From contig CAIIXF020000001.1 in the NCBI GenBank assembly GCA_903813345.2, positions 26,536,001 through 26,600,000 on the forward strand: DNA of 64,000 nucleotides, given 5' to 3'. The stretch is from Owenia fusiformis. Taxonomy: Eukaryota. Each line of letters begins with the position of its first letter. Position 1 is the first letter of the stretch. Position numbers and translations under genes: made by a program. Under the pieces are notes generated by a model. It did no database searches, was not told the DNA's origin, and saw nothing but the letters and a program-made list of their open reading frames with translations. Below are positions 1 to 12,100 of this stretch, piece by piece.

Positions 1-668
1 CCCACCTACAATATATAAGCAACTGAATGACATATCTCTCTGATATTATCATGTGACCCACCTACAATATATAAGCAACTGAATGACATATCTCTGATAT
101 CATCATGTGACCCACCTACAATATATAAGCAACTGAATGACATCACTCGGATATCATCATGTGACCCACCAACAATATATAAGCAACTGAATAAATGTCT
201 CTCTGATATCATCATGTGACCCACCTATAATATATAAGCAACTGAATGACATATCTCTCTGATATCATCATGTGACCCACCTACAATATATTAGCAACTG
301 AATGACATCTCTCGGATATCATCATTTGACCCACCTACAATATATAAGCAACTGAATAAATGTCTCTCTCAGATATCATCATGTGACCCACCTATAATAT
401 ATAAGCAAATGAATGACATATCTCTCTGATATCATCATGTGACCCACCTTCAATATATAAGCAACTGAATAAATGTCTCTCTCAGATATCATCATGTGAC
501 CCACCTATAATATATAAGCAACTGAATGACATATCTCTCTGATATCATCATGTGACCCACCTACAATATATTAGCAACTGAATGACATCTCTCGGATATC
601 ATCATTTGACCCACCTACAATATATAAGCAACTGAATAAATGTCTCTCTCAGATATCATCATGTGACC
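1..668. repeat. ~55-bp minisatellite, about 12 copies, truncated by the window start; presumably intronic in the CCDC30-like gene
   Basis: Unit CCCACCTACAATATATAAGCAACTGAATGACATATCTCTCTGATATCATCATGTGA recurs at 1, 57, 111, 166, 220, 276, 330, 387 and onward. Confidence 0.97.
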
Positions 669-1035
669 AACAATATACATGATTGACGAAAAAACTGTCT
701 TAACACCTCTGATACCATTATGTGACTCACCTACTATACATTGACAAATGACTGAGCATTCTCCACATTGATCCAGGGGGGAATAACCCCAGAGTTAAAA
801 GTATTGAGATGACATATGTCTCTGATTGGTCAAAATTGACAGAATGGTGGCCTCAAAATTTTTGAAATACACTTCAAACAAAAAGATTCGAACAAACGAA
901 GGTGGTATGCGAGTACATAAATATGTCTGTTATCTCTAAAGCTCTTGGGCTTTCTCTCCTTTTACACTGAACTACACTCAGTATTTGCATTCAATAACCT
1001 TTGTCTAGGGATACATTGAGACTTAATGTACTCAC

Positions 1036-1231
1036 CTCCTGCAAGGTCTGCCTTAAGTAACTGGACCTCTGCCTTTAGTTGATCATTTTCCTCCTCAAAC
1101 TCTGCTGTTAGTGTCTCCCTTTCTTCTGAGAGACTCCTGATATGTTCAACATAGTTTTCCACCTCTTTCATCTCATCAGCCTGCTTCAGTCTCAATATAC
1201 CCATGTTGTCTAAGGCACCTTTAAGGTTGAC
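1036..1231 (-). CDS. CCDC30: CCDC30-like coiled-coil protein, second coding exon (VNLKGALDNMGILRLKQADEMKEVENYVEHIRSLSEERETLTAEFEEENDQLKAEVQLLKADLAG)
   Basis: Acceptor ttctag at 1232-1233 and donor gtgagt at 1030-1035, in frame with the upstream exon. The EMKEVENYVxHIRxL...LTxEFExENxQL motif matches my recollection of the N-terminus of long CCDC30 proteins; not database-verified. Confidence 0.7.
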
Positions 1232-1481
1232 CTAGAATTTAGAAATAGAGGATGCAATTAATGATGGAGTCAGGCTTCAGTCTAAATATAACCGTGTTAT
1301 ATATGTTAAAACCATGGTTATATATAGACTTTAAGGTTGGCCTAGAAATAAAATGGCACCATTTATCATGAAACCTTCAGATTTCAGTATCAATGGACTC
1401 ATATTATCTGAAGCACATTTAAGGTTGGCCTACAGGTTGGTATAGATTATTTCATTTTAATAATTTTTTGATACAACCTAC

Positions 1482-1592
1482 CTCTGACTCTAAGTAAAGA
1501 GACCACACATGCTGGAGCTTCTGTTCTATTGTGCCACTAGAAACCACTCCATGCTCTTTCAGCTTGCGATCAATGTCACGTAGGTCCCCCAT
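1482..1592 (-). CDS. CCDC30: CCDC30-like protein, first coding exon (MGDLRDIDRKLKEHGVVSSGTIEQKLQHVWSLYLESE)
   Basis: Acceptor tttttcag at 1596-1597, ATG at 1592, donor gtaggt at 1476-1481; 37 codons with a phase-0 join to the next exon. Confidence 0.7.
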
Positions 1593-2597
1593 GATCTGAA
1601 AAATACATTGTTTCAATGTAACGTCAACAAAAATGGTAACAGGTAAAATCACTTCAAAATTTTAGAGATTTATTGCCTAAAATAGCCAAATTTTTGCTTT
1701 ATTCGTGCATTGTATCCTTGAGATAAGAGTCTTAGGGGTATTTAGGCAAATCCATTTTGGTAGGAGCACTCTGTTTGAGTTTGAAAACACACCATTTATT
1801 TATTACTGTCCGCACTGTACAGCTTCCGGATTAAGGTTCTCAGGATTGTTACATTGATGACAGATGTGGGATCTGCCCTTGTTAATCAGTTACAATGGGA
1901 CGTCTTCTTTCAAGGGGGGACAGTGTAATGATAGAGCAGTAGCATCACTTCGTGCAGGTCCTGGGTTTGATTCCTGCATATGGGGAATTGAATTTAGCAT
2001 TCTCCCTTTCATCTAATACATGCTTTTTCTTAACACTTTGAGAGTGGGACTCTGATGACGAATTCTGATCAGAAAGACATAAACACATAGACTACAGATC
2101 ATGATGCATGGTCATTTGGTGGCACGAGAGATCATGATGGTGATGGTTTTGGGGATTTTTATTTTTGAAAAAATAAAACCTTCTTACCCTGATTTACTAG
2201 ACAACCGACTTATTTCTGGATTAAAATCTCAGCCAGGCACTAAACACGCATATAATACAAACGCATGCATACTGGTAGTTAATTCGAACATGTCTTCCTA
2301 TGTAGATTTCATCAAAATTAGGAGAGATCTTCTTGGTTAAAATTCAGTTGTTTACAACTTTACTCAGTCGGTGCTTCAGGTTCTGGCGCGTAGTCATATA
2401 ATTCTACAAAATGTTAACTGATTGTGAATCTAGCTAATTCTGTACATAGTCACACCTCTATAAGATACAAAACAACACAATAATTTAATTTCTATACTTT
2501 ACGATTGTGAAAATATGGAAGAAATGTATAAATCATTGTCAGTGTAGTAATTTTAGGGTCAGAAAGTAGTTTTGTATAGAGGGCGCTGTAAATTAAC
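1593..2597. promoter_or_regulatory. Region containing a probable bidirectional promoter shared by the CCDC30-like gene and PSMB6
   Basis: Divergent start codons about 1 kb apart. The CCDC30-like ATG exon has a splice acceptor, implying an upstream exon nearer PSMB6. Confidence 0.5.
1920..2015 (+). mobile_element. Degenerate tRNA-derived SINE-like fragment
   Basis: B-box-like GGGTTTGATTCC followed by AATTTAGCATTCTCCCTTTC; similar to the reverse complement of 45320-45457. Confidence 0.45.
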
Positions 2598-2684
2598 ATG
2601 GCGAAAGTTGCAAGTCAAAATTTCGGACAAACAATGGGTGATTCGACAAGACCCGATTGGCTATCGGCTGAACATCTTACAGGG
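2598..2684 (+). CDS. PSMB6: Proteasome subunit beta type-6 (beta1), exon 1, propeptide MAKVASQNFGQTMGDSTRPDWLSAEHLTG
   Basis: ATG at 2598, donor gtaaat at 2685; ends in ...TG immediately before the catalytic Thr. Confidence 0.9.
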
Positions 2685-3499
2685 GTAAATAATTATATAT
2701 TGTTCTTATAGAAAATAATGACATTCGGTTTCAATAAGCTATACATGCTCTATTATAGCCGAGTATATTTCAGCCAAGTCATTGACAAACATATTATCGC
2801 CCACTTTTTTTTAAAAAATTCATCTAATGGACTAGATTTTGAGCAACACAATTGGTTAACGTTCATGGTAGAATGGGTGACACAGTCATTCTAATACTAC
2901 TGGGCCGAATTACCGTCAAATGTAATTGGTCAATTGTAGCAATTTGATTGGTATTGAATTTGCACCCCCATTTTGACATAACAAATCTACCCCTCAGAAC
3001 ACCATTGTGGGAAGTCCTGCTATAACTAATCATATTTACCAGGTTATGGAAGTGAAATTCCCCTTTCATATCTTTGTGGCTATTGCGCATGCATCACACA
3101 AATTGATTGGTCCAGTCGCAAAATAAAGCGATACACAGATCTAGATCTAGAAACTGAATTTTATGATGGTCTTATTTGTGCAGTATTATCTGCCAGAATA
3201 AAACGTTTGAGGTTTGAATTATTTCTTCCTATATCATTCAGGGTGTTATCTGGGGCTTGTATGACTGCCAAAACTGGTTACTGTAATCATGATAAAGATG
3301 CATATTATTATGAAATTACCCTCATGACCTCTTGATCAGTTCCTCAGAACTTAGTTGTCAAATTGTGAGGTCGAAAACTTATATGAATTGAAGATGAAAA
3401 TCCAAACTATATCAGGAATTTCCTTACCTCTTATGGTCTCAGTAGTCATTAGTATGGATTTTAGAATTTTTTGAACTCTTCAGTCAGTTGTACTACTCC

Positions 3500-3890
3500 C
3501 ATGTATCATTTACATGGCCAGGATCACAATGGTCATGGTCAAAATGACCATTATCATGCTGAAATAGCTAGTTAAAGTTAAACGTTATCATTTTGGAAAG
3601 GTCAGAATATTTTGAATTTTTCAGAAAATGTGCCCAACATATTACTTTAAATGATATGAGCTTTGAAAATTTGAATTCATTTCTAGAAATTAAGAATAAA
3701 TGAAAAAAACTGATTTGAAAAGCTATCTCATATCCTTTTCATGACCACAATTTTTGTGTCAGACAATTTTTCTAATTTTCAAAGCTCCTATCATTTAAAG
3801 CAATACATTGGGCACATTCTCTGAAAAATTCAAAATATTCTTTTCAGTGACCTTCCGGAAATGCTAACTTTTAATTTTTTTCAGTCATAA
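3500..3890. repeat. Interspersed repeat with internal inverted repeat, in PSMB6 intron 1
   Basis: Arms ~3604-3672 and ~3774-3841 are inverted; a second diverged copy lies at ~34660-34960 (TATCATTTACATG.CCAGGATCACA...CATGGTC). Confidence 0.65.
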
Positions 3891-4271
3891 TTTCAGAGGG
3901 CTAAAAAAATTGGTTGGATTTGCGCATATTAACTGAAAACACATGTGCGGTTAACAATTATCAACACAACTTTAACTTAAGATCCTTATGCGAATATTTC
4001 TTCTTATATAAGCTTTGAGTAAATCTATGATGAAAAAAGGAACTATTTTACAAAATTTGGGTTATTTTTTCATCTGCCTACCACTGCATGGGAGTTTGAG
4101 TAGAATTGTTACATCAAATGTTAAAAAATAAGGGGAAATGCAATGAAATGGTATGAAGTGGTGGCCACAACCAAATTTTTGACTCGCAAACTAGTCTAGA
4201 CCTGACTGGCATTTTTGATCTCTATTGTCAGAATTTCAAACAAAATGCTTTGACATTATTTTTTATTTCAG

Positions 4272-4339
4272 ACATCTATCATGGCTGTGGAGTTTGCTGA
4301 TGGTGTTATTATTGGAGCTGACTCCAGGACCACAACAGG
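4272..4339 (+). CDS. PSMB6: PSMB6 exon 2 (TSIMAVEFADGVIIGADSRTTTG), starting with catalytic Thr1
   Basis: tttcag acceptor, gt donor at 4340; beta1 signature GADSRTTTG. Confidence 0.96.
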
Positions 4340-4624
4340 GTAAAAAGTTATTTTTATTTTAAATACCATATGTTTTTTTTAAATAATCTTTTATTTATTT
4401 CAGTTCAACACATATTACAATTGTACAAGTTTGACAATTCTTAAGTCACCAGAAGGCATAATATAAGAATGCAGGGTAGTTAGTGTAACTTACATAACAA
4501 CTAACTTAAGATGAACCTCACTTCATCTTGGGTGCAATGATTGGGGGAAAAACATGTATTTCCACACCCCACTGAATACACTTCATGAATGAAATGTTCA
4601 ATGTCCATTTTTATTCTGTTTTAG

Positions 4625-4756
4625 GTCATATATTGCCAACCGTGTCACAGACAAGCTGACAAAGGTGACAGATACAATCTATTGCTGTAGGTCAGGGTCT
4701 GCTGCAGATACACAAGCCATTGCTGACATTGTTTCATATCATCTAAACTTTCACAA
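4625..4756 (+). CDS. PSMB6: PSMB6 exon 3 ([43 protein letters not shown])
   Basis: ttttag and gtaagg boundaries; conserved NRVTDKL and [10 protein letters not shown] motifs. Confidence 0.97.
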
Positions 4757-5104
4757 GTAAGGTTTATGTCTCAGTCATTTAGACTTGGTGCGAAATGTTT
4801 TTAGCTGTGTGTAAAGTAACTCAGATTCTCAACTGGAGATGACCCTGTGTTAATGTAAAGTATTTTTTGTCCTTCCTGGTGAAAATGATGAAAATACTTG
4901 AATTTCTCCGATGGAAGTTCATCCATTATGTTAGAAAGACATTACGTCTTTATAACCAGGTGGGGACTAGTGAGATCATGAAGTTTATTTTTATTTAATT
5001 GTAACACTTTCTCTCTTGTCACCTCAATTTCAGATTCAAAGAAACATTAGTTCTTGTTTTAAAGAATAACTTATCTCAAACTCAAACATTTTGAAATGTT
5101 GTAG

Positions 5105-5234
5105 AATGGAGCTTGGTGAAGAGCCCCTTGTAAAGACTGCAGCCACTACATTTAAAGAACTCTGCTACAGTTATAGAGACAGTCTCAGTGCAGGTATTAT
5201 ATGTGCTGGCTGGGATAAAAAGCTAGGAGGACAG
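5105..5234 (+). CDS. PSMB6: PSMB6 exon 4 ([43 protein letters not shown])
   Basis: ttgtag and gtgagg boundaries; AGIICAGWD motif. Confidence 0.97.
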
Positions 5235-5897
5235 GTGAGGAAAAGTTATCATATACTCTACTTTAAAAGTAGTATAGTGGAATCTCATTTTCTGTGAAGC
5301 GTAATTTTTAAAATGAAAAAAGTTAAAGAGGGATTTAGTATACCCTTCATCTTTGCATCCATCATGACATATTTCAGATTCATCAACATTGGGTTTAGCG
5401 ATTCATATTTTTTTAGTCATTATTTGATCCTTCACAGTTTTGTTGTTTTCCAGTTGAGTTAAGTGCTGAAATGGAAAGTTAGGATTTATAAAATTCAATG
5501 AATAATGTGATTTTGAACATCAAAGTACTGAAGATATTATTGCATTTGATATAACCCATGAGTTTAATATGCATACAAATATTATATATAATCATTCTAG
5601 CCAGCATTTAATGGGAACTTGCAGACAAATTGAAATGCTTGGGTCAATTGATGATCTTAATGCAGTCATTGCACACTTGGAAGTTCTGAAATACTTCACA
5701 CAGTGCAAAATTTACTTTGCATACCTTTTATCAGAATTCTAAAATACATTAATTATAGCTTGTCCCTATAAAATACATTATTTATAGCTTATCCTTCAAG
5801 AATAGTCTTATCTTTTTGAAGAGTATATCACAGATAGGCGATGAAGATTATGGTGTTCTGTCATGCATTTTAACTGTCCATCAACATTTTTTTGTAG

Positions 5898-6042
5898 GTC
5901 TATTCCATTCCTATTGGCGGTATGTTAGTGCGCCAACCATTCTCCATCGGAGGTTCAGGTAGTACATACGTCTATGGACATGTGGACGCAACATTCAAAG
6001 AGGGCATGACAAGAGACGAATGCATCAAATTTGTATCAAATA
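5898..6042 (+). CDS. PSMB6: PSMB6 exon 5 ([48 protein letters not shown])
   Basis: ttgtag and gtaagt boundaries; GGSGSTY motif. Confidence 0.97.
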
Positions 6043-7062
6043 GTAAGTACAGCAATCCTATATTTAAGTTATGTCAGACTGTCAGTGTATGGATTCTGTT
6101 GACTGGAGTATGCTATACAACTTCTAAATGTTTTGCTCAAAGGTCCGGTACATCAGCATATTCTTTCACTTTCCTTCCCATGCTATTCTGGATCACTGCA
6201 TTTAGAGGATGAACTTTGTATATTGTTCACTTCTTATTGTTGTTGTATTTTATGATATATGTGTTTATATTAATTATTATTACATATTACAATGAAAAGG
6301 ACTGAATGTTCTATACCACTACAATATATGTAATATCTGAGAAACAATATCTTATAAAGCTATGTAAAAATTTAAATCTATTTTGGGTATTATGATATTC
6401 TTGCATCTTTTAGACTAAACCAATATTATATGGTCAACATAACACTGAGATTTTACGAAAATATGTTTTTACTGGAAATTGAAATGCATTTTTGAAGTAT
6501 ACATGAAGAATAACTTGTTTTGCATATGAGGAGTAGTAATGTGCATATTTGAAAACTGCTGTACATGCAAACATATTCATGATTTCATGTCAAATAGATG
6601 TCACCTATTTCCATTTTCTCTATGCAAATATAGTTAGTGCTCTTTAGTGCATTACTTGTTGTTTCTTGAAGTATGGAATTTTCTTATGAATATGATAATT
6701 ACCACTCATTAAGGAAGACATTTGATTAATAATACAGTGTAAGCCCCTCGATAATTACAATTTTTCTCATAAATAAAATATATAGGGACAATGAACTTGG
6801 CATATGGTCCCAGACTGGGAGAATCTCCTCATAGATTGATATATTTAAATATCCTTCAAATATAAACTTTTGAGAAAATAATGTGTTAATTTCAGGTGGT
6901 AAAATTGATGCTATACTTTTCACAATTTTGAGAAATGTTATGAATCCAATTACATTTTATTTTCATTTTGAAAATTAAGTAATGAATATTTAATAGATTG
7001 ACCCCTATCCCCTTTAATGCTAAATATATATATATATATATACTCAAATTGTTGTATTTCAG

Positions 7063-7190
7063 CATTGGCCTTGGCTATGTTCCGTGATGGGAGCAGTGGT
7101 GGCATCATACGATTAGCAATCATCACAAAAGATGGAGTAGAACGTCAAGTTATCCTAGGAAATGAACTACCAAAATTCTTTGAAGGATAA
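7063..7190 (+). CDS. PSMB6: PSMB6 exon 6 ([41 protein letters not shown])
   Basis: tttcag acceptor; RDGSSGG motif; TAA at 7188-7190. The six exons total 690 nt = 229 aa plus stop, all phases consistent. Confidence 0.96.
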
Positions 7191-8789
7191 TAAATAAATG
7201 AGATCTGGACTTAATAGACTATGATTGTTATGGTAGAGTTGTTCTGTTTCAGTGCTGATATATTTATGGCAATCAGCTGGTTAGTAAAAGATATCAATAC
7301 CTGACCAACTGTAACACATCAAAGATACAACAAAACAGAAAATGTGTTTGTCTGTTTTTACAGAAGTAGCTCACATGTAAACATCATTAATAATATAGAC
7401 ATTGCCAATATGTGAACCGTTATTGCAAACTAGCCTCAGTTCATGTTGAGAAAGAGATACAGACACTTACTGCAACATTCTCTTATTGTAGTTTCCAGAT
7501 AAAATGTCCAAGCTGAGTTACATCGCCTTTCCTTGTACATTAATCATATTTATGGAAATTCTTAGATAACGGCAGACACATTGTATTATAGAGATATTAC
7601 TTGAATCAATAAAAAGATAACAATAAAATTGATGTGTTTAATTTCTACAGGATCAGATTTAGAGTTGGGAATATATAATTTCACAGATCTGATTATAAAT
7701 GGACAATTGAATGAATGGAAATCCAGGGACTTAGTTAGATTAAACAGGAGGTTCACTCTCCATGTTTCTAATTTATCAAGCATAATATTAACTGAAAAAT
7801 GTTCCCAATTCACCCCTAGTGCACTCTCGCGGAGTTCATCATCTGTTGTTTAACATTTATTTAAGCATGTATAATCTGTCGTTAATCAAGATGAAACGGT
7901 ACTATTCTTTTGTGTTGAGGAATGAAATGTCATTTGGTAATTAGACGAATCTCTTATGACTGTATGACTGATACTCCAGGTATCACTCAACAATGAAGAA
8001 TTGTAATTCACTTTGAGAGGTTGTGGTTACCGTTTGTTGACCTATCTGTCTGAATATGTTACTGTCAAATACAATTTCCTTCCAAGACATAGATTGTTAT
8101 CTCTACTTCAGGGGTCCCCAGGCCATATATCATGAATGCACAATTGAATCTTCTAATATGTCATGCCCTTTGGAGAGTATGTTAGCACACACTTAGTTAA
8201 CTTAGATGATCTGCTTAATCTAAGGCATTGGAAATAAAAATTACATAAACTGTTATGTACCAGAGAACTTGGCATTGGTTTTATTCAAATGGCTGGAATA
8301 TTGACCAATTATCAGTTTCCTGAGTGTCATATATGATCAATTATCAGTTTGTAAGACTACAATACATGTCAAAATATAATTGGTTGCAATGGTCAATAAC
8401 AATGTTTACTAAATACAAGTTCCTTATTCATATTTAATATCTACATAAATGTGTTAAATAACAGAACCTTTGACATTAACCATAGACATTATTAACAACA
8501 AAAAGTGAATTTCATGTTCTAGTTCATGTTCCATATCAACTTTAATTTCAAACAAAATTGGTGTTCATGGTTTAAAGAATAAAGTGTTCCAATAGCTTCC
8601 CTTATAAAAATTAATAAAGGACCCACGGTCCTGTGCTCACTAGTTTGGAACCTTCAGAGGAATGTATATCCTGACTTTCAAACAAATTTGATTTGGATTT
8701 GTAGTCTCGAACTTTGAGAAATTTAGATAGCACAGTTGTGTGACCTAGTTTGATGACCTTTGACCTAGAACATTTTGCATCCAGTATCC

Positions 8790-9144
8790 AGTATATCAGT
8801 ATCATTTGTTTTAGAAAATGTACATGTTTGCGAAAAAATAGCTCAGAAGACAACAGAATCGTCGAGTTAATTCCTCACTTCAGTTACATTAACGGTTTGG
8901 GTTAAAAGTGCAGATCTTAACTGTTTTTAACCGTTTTTGTAACTTAAGTGAGGAATTAAATCGACGATCCTGTTGTCTTCTGAACTATTTGTTCGCAAAT
9001 ATGTACATTTTCTTAAACATATGACACTGATACACGTGGGAATTCTGCCTACAACATGTGAAATAAGAAAAAAAGAAAAATCGTAGCTTCGATGTCCCGA
9101 CATTTTGTTACCGAAACGGTTCGTAATCGAGTGGATCACCAGTG
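8790..9144. mobile_element. Truncated copy of the Transib-like palindromic MITE
   Basis: Matches 25637-26177 and ends in GATCACCAGTG at 9144; the other terminus is missing. Confidence 0.8.
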
Positions 9145-12100
9145 ATTTATACACGCAGGCTATGTATCAATTGCAAAATAAAAATATTGAATTCTTATTT
9201 GGTATTTGCGGTAGCAGATCTTACAGTCCCTACGGATAATTGCACTTGATGGACATAAAATAAAACATGTTGTTGTACCTTATCAGGCCACTGGATAAAC
9301 CAAACTGCAAAGGAAGAGATTATTAGCTCTTTGAATGTGGTGGAATCTTAGGCCATCTAAAAGGTTAAACGATGATATTTATCATCAACCCATGCTGTAG
9401 CATTTTAAAGCCTTACAATGAATCAGAATTTTATTGTTGTTATGTTGGAAGGCTTGTTGTTGATATTGAGTTATGGCTGTTTTAACTTGTATCTTCAATA
9501 AGTTATAACTTGTATCTTCAATAAGTTATTACGTTTGAACAGTAGCAATATAATATATTTGTTTTTTTTCGTGCATGGATTTCATTCTGAATATCCATCC
9601 ATTATATCATTTGTCATGTTTACATACACTGAATGTAATCAACCAGGAAAGCCTTGTTAGCCTTAAGCTGTTGTACTTGTTGTCCAAAGCAAGTTATGCT
9701 ATGCTAAACGCCATTCTGATTTATCATAGTTATAACGATACAAGACAAGATAGTCACACATAGCTAGGCAAGGCGTGTCTGATTCCAGCCAATCCGAACA
9801 TAGTATTTCATATAACTATAGTGCATTATATAACCAATCACCGCACCCAAGGTCATACATTGAATGGTTGTTAAGGTGACAACTAGACTACAGAATAGAG
9901 ATTGATGCTTTGCCAACTTCAGAATTTCACACTTGGAAAAAGTTTCGTGTCTTTTAGTTGATTTCTTCCTATTTTCTATTATGATAGAAGGGTAAACGAA
10001 ACCAAATTGAAGCAATTCCCTTTCAACTTATCAACATTATTATTTATCTATTATTCTATATCCTTAGTTAACATGGATACACTATGCCTGAAGAAACTGT
10101 TTTTTCACGATCTTCAACTTTTGGCATGAGTCACTGAGCTACATTTACTTATCAGTCCAAAAAGTAATTATAAATAAGTCGAGAAAATGAGATCATTTCG
10201 ATTAACTAGAACTATTTATTAAGTATAATAAGAAAACAAAGCCCCAACACAGTAGCCCAAAAATAGTCTATTACAATCATGGCATACTGGAGTCTCAACT
10301 TATCAATTGTAAATATGAATCCTTGATTATGGTTAACGTCTCCTCCGCACAAAGTTGCAAGGGATATAGTCATGGTGAAGCCCTCCATTCGTCTGCCAGT
10401 CCGTGCCTGTATACAATAACTCATGATCAAATATTCCTGAACACCAGTAATATTGTTTTTATTATATTTTTAAATGAACGCCAGTATGATCAATGTATAC
10501 GTCCCTCCAAAATTAATTCCGATGGACGTATTTACCTCGGAAAATAAGTCCGAGGATTTGTAGCAGGCATGGTAGTCCGTCAGGAAAATACGTCCGTAGT
10601 CCGATCATTTTTCATGTACGCGTATGTTATACTGTCAGGAATACGGACGATGATTCCACTGCCCTTGTTACACCAGTTCAAAATGGGGATTATATTTTGC
10701 TTACTCTCACTCTACCTAAATTTCTTTTATTTTGAAATCTCAAATCGAAGAAAAGATCACTAATATAATCCTTTTGATTCGGTTTAATCTTATTTAGATT
10801 GGTGCCCTTTGATGATCTTAAAAAACGATCCAAATGTGAAATTCTTATGAATTTGGGGATTTTTCCAAAAGTATATCTTCATTATTCAATCGAAAATATT
10901 TCTATCTAAAATATTGGAAATGAAAAATAGCCCTTTAATGGAAACATAGGTTTTCGTTCGGATTTGCTACACCTAGAGGCTAGCGTTTTTCTAATTGCAT
11001 AATTCCTAAAAATTAACAATCAAAGATAAGAAGTATAGGCTTGAATAATACGCCAACCTTTCAGCATATAACATCTGAACACATCACCAAGGTGATCTCT
11101 AACTAACCGGATGTTCCTATGAAGCCAACAACTGATTTACCATCACTCATATCTTTTTGAACCCCTCATTTGGAATACGTATATCAACCCCATAAAGATG
11201 CAGAGTCAATTTAGTCCAAACATCAAACGTAAAAGCCCCGTAAAACCACAAGTATCGTAAACTCGTATTTTAAGTAAAGAGAATATCGATATATTCAAAG
11301 GGTACACAGGTTGATGTTTTATTTGGCGCGTCTTCCTTTCGAGGTCGATTCATGATATTCATCACTTTTGTAAATTAAAATGTCGGATATCTATTCATCT
11401 AGAAATATCAGCAAATTAATTACTTCTTTGGTCCGAGGAACTTCGGTGATCATCTCAAAAGTAAAAACATTTATCCAAGGTTGAAATGGGAATTGTAATA
11501 AGCACGAGCAAAGTGGGACAACGTTTACATCTGGGAGGTAAAGCTACACATTTTAAGATAACTTGTACGTGAACGGTTTTTATGAACCTGGTAAGGAATT
11601 ACTGCCCCTCCATCTCGTAATTGTGTTTTCCAGGGGCCTTATTACAGCCAAAGTATTTTCCTTTAAACTTCCATTATACTCAATCGTGTAAGTAAATACC
11701 AAGGAGGAGAGAACATACCCCAAGAGAATTCTACACGTTCACATAATATTACACATTCACACACAGAGTTCTCCGAAAAACGTGTTGCTAAACCTCCCTA
11801 ATGTGTTTGTCGAGAACACCCGTAGGACATGATGAAATTGTATGTCACTTTAATTTTCGTTGAAAACCGTGGCTGAAATCAATTTAAAAACAATAATGAG
11901 ATTATTTCAGTGTTAATGACGAAGGAAGAATTCTTAAGAAATCGATGCAAATGATAATGGGTAAGAATAAATCCTGAACTAATGGTTCGATCAGTTTGGG
12001 TGACACACAGATTAGAACTGGCATAAACCAGGGCATTATCGCCCATAGGGAAATCACCCTCATGTTTTAGCTATCTCAAAAATAATCCCGCCATTTAGAA

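Noticed and set aside
1-668. CRISPR-like array or repeat-protein ORF (6-224)
   Set aside because: Units are contiguous with no unique spacers, there are no cas genes and the context is eukaryotic; the ORF is a by-product of the repeat.
2362-2396. Upstream CCDC30-like exon with a uORF (ATG at 2396, GTAAAG donor)
   Set aside because: Plausible but unsupported without transcript data.
4532-4581. SECIS- or kink-turn-like hairpin (ATGA...AA...TGA)
   Set aside because: Intronic, irregular stem, and PSMB6 has no in-frame TGA.
4875-4968. Box C/D snoRNA in PSMB6 intron 3 (ATGATGA with CCTGGT/ACCAGG stem)
   Set aside because: No CTGA D box near the 3' stem; more like a decayed inverted repeat.
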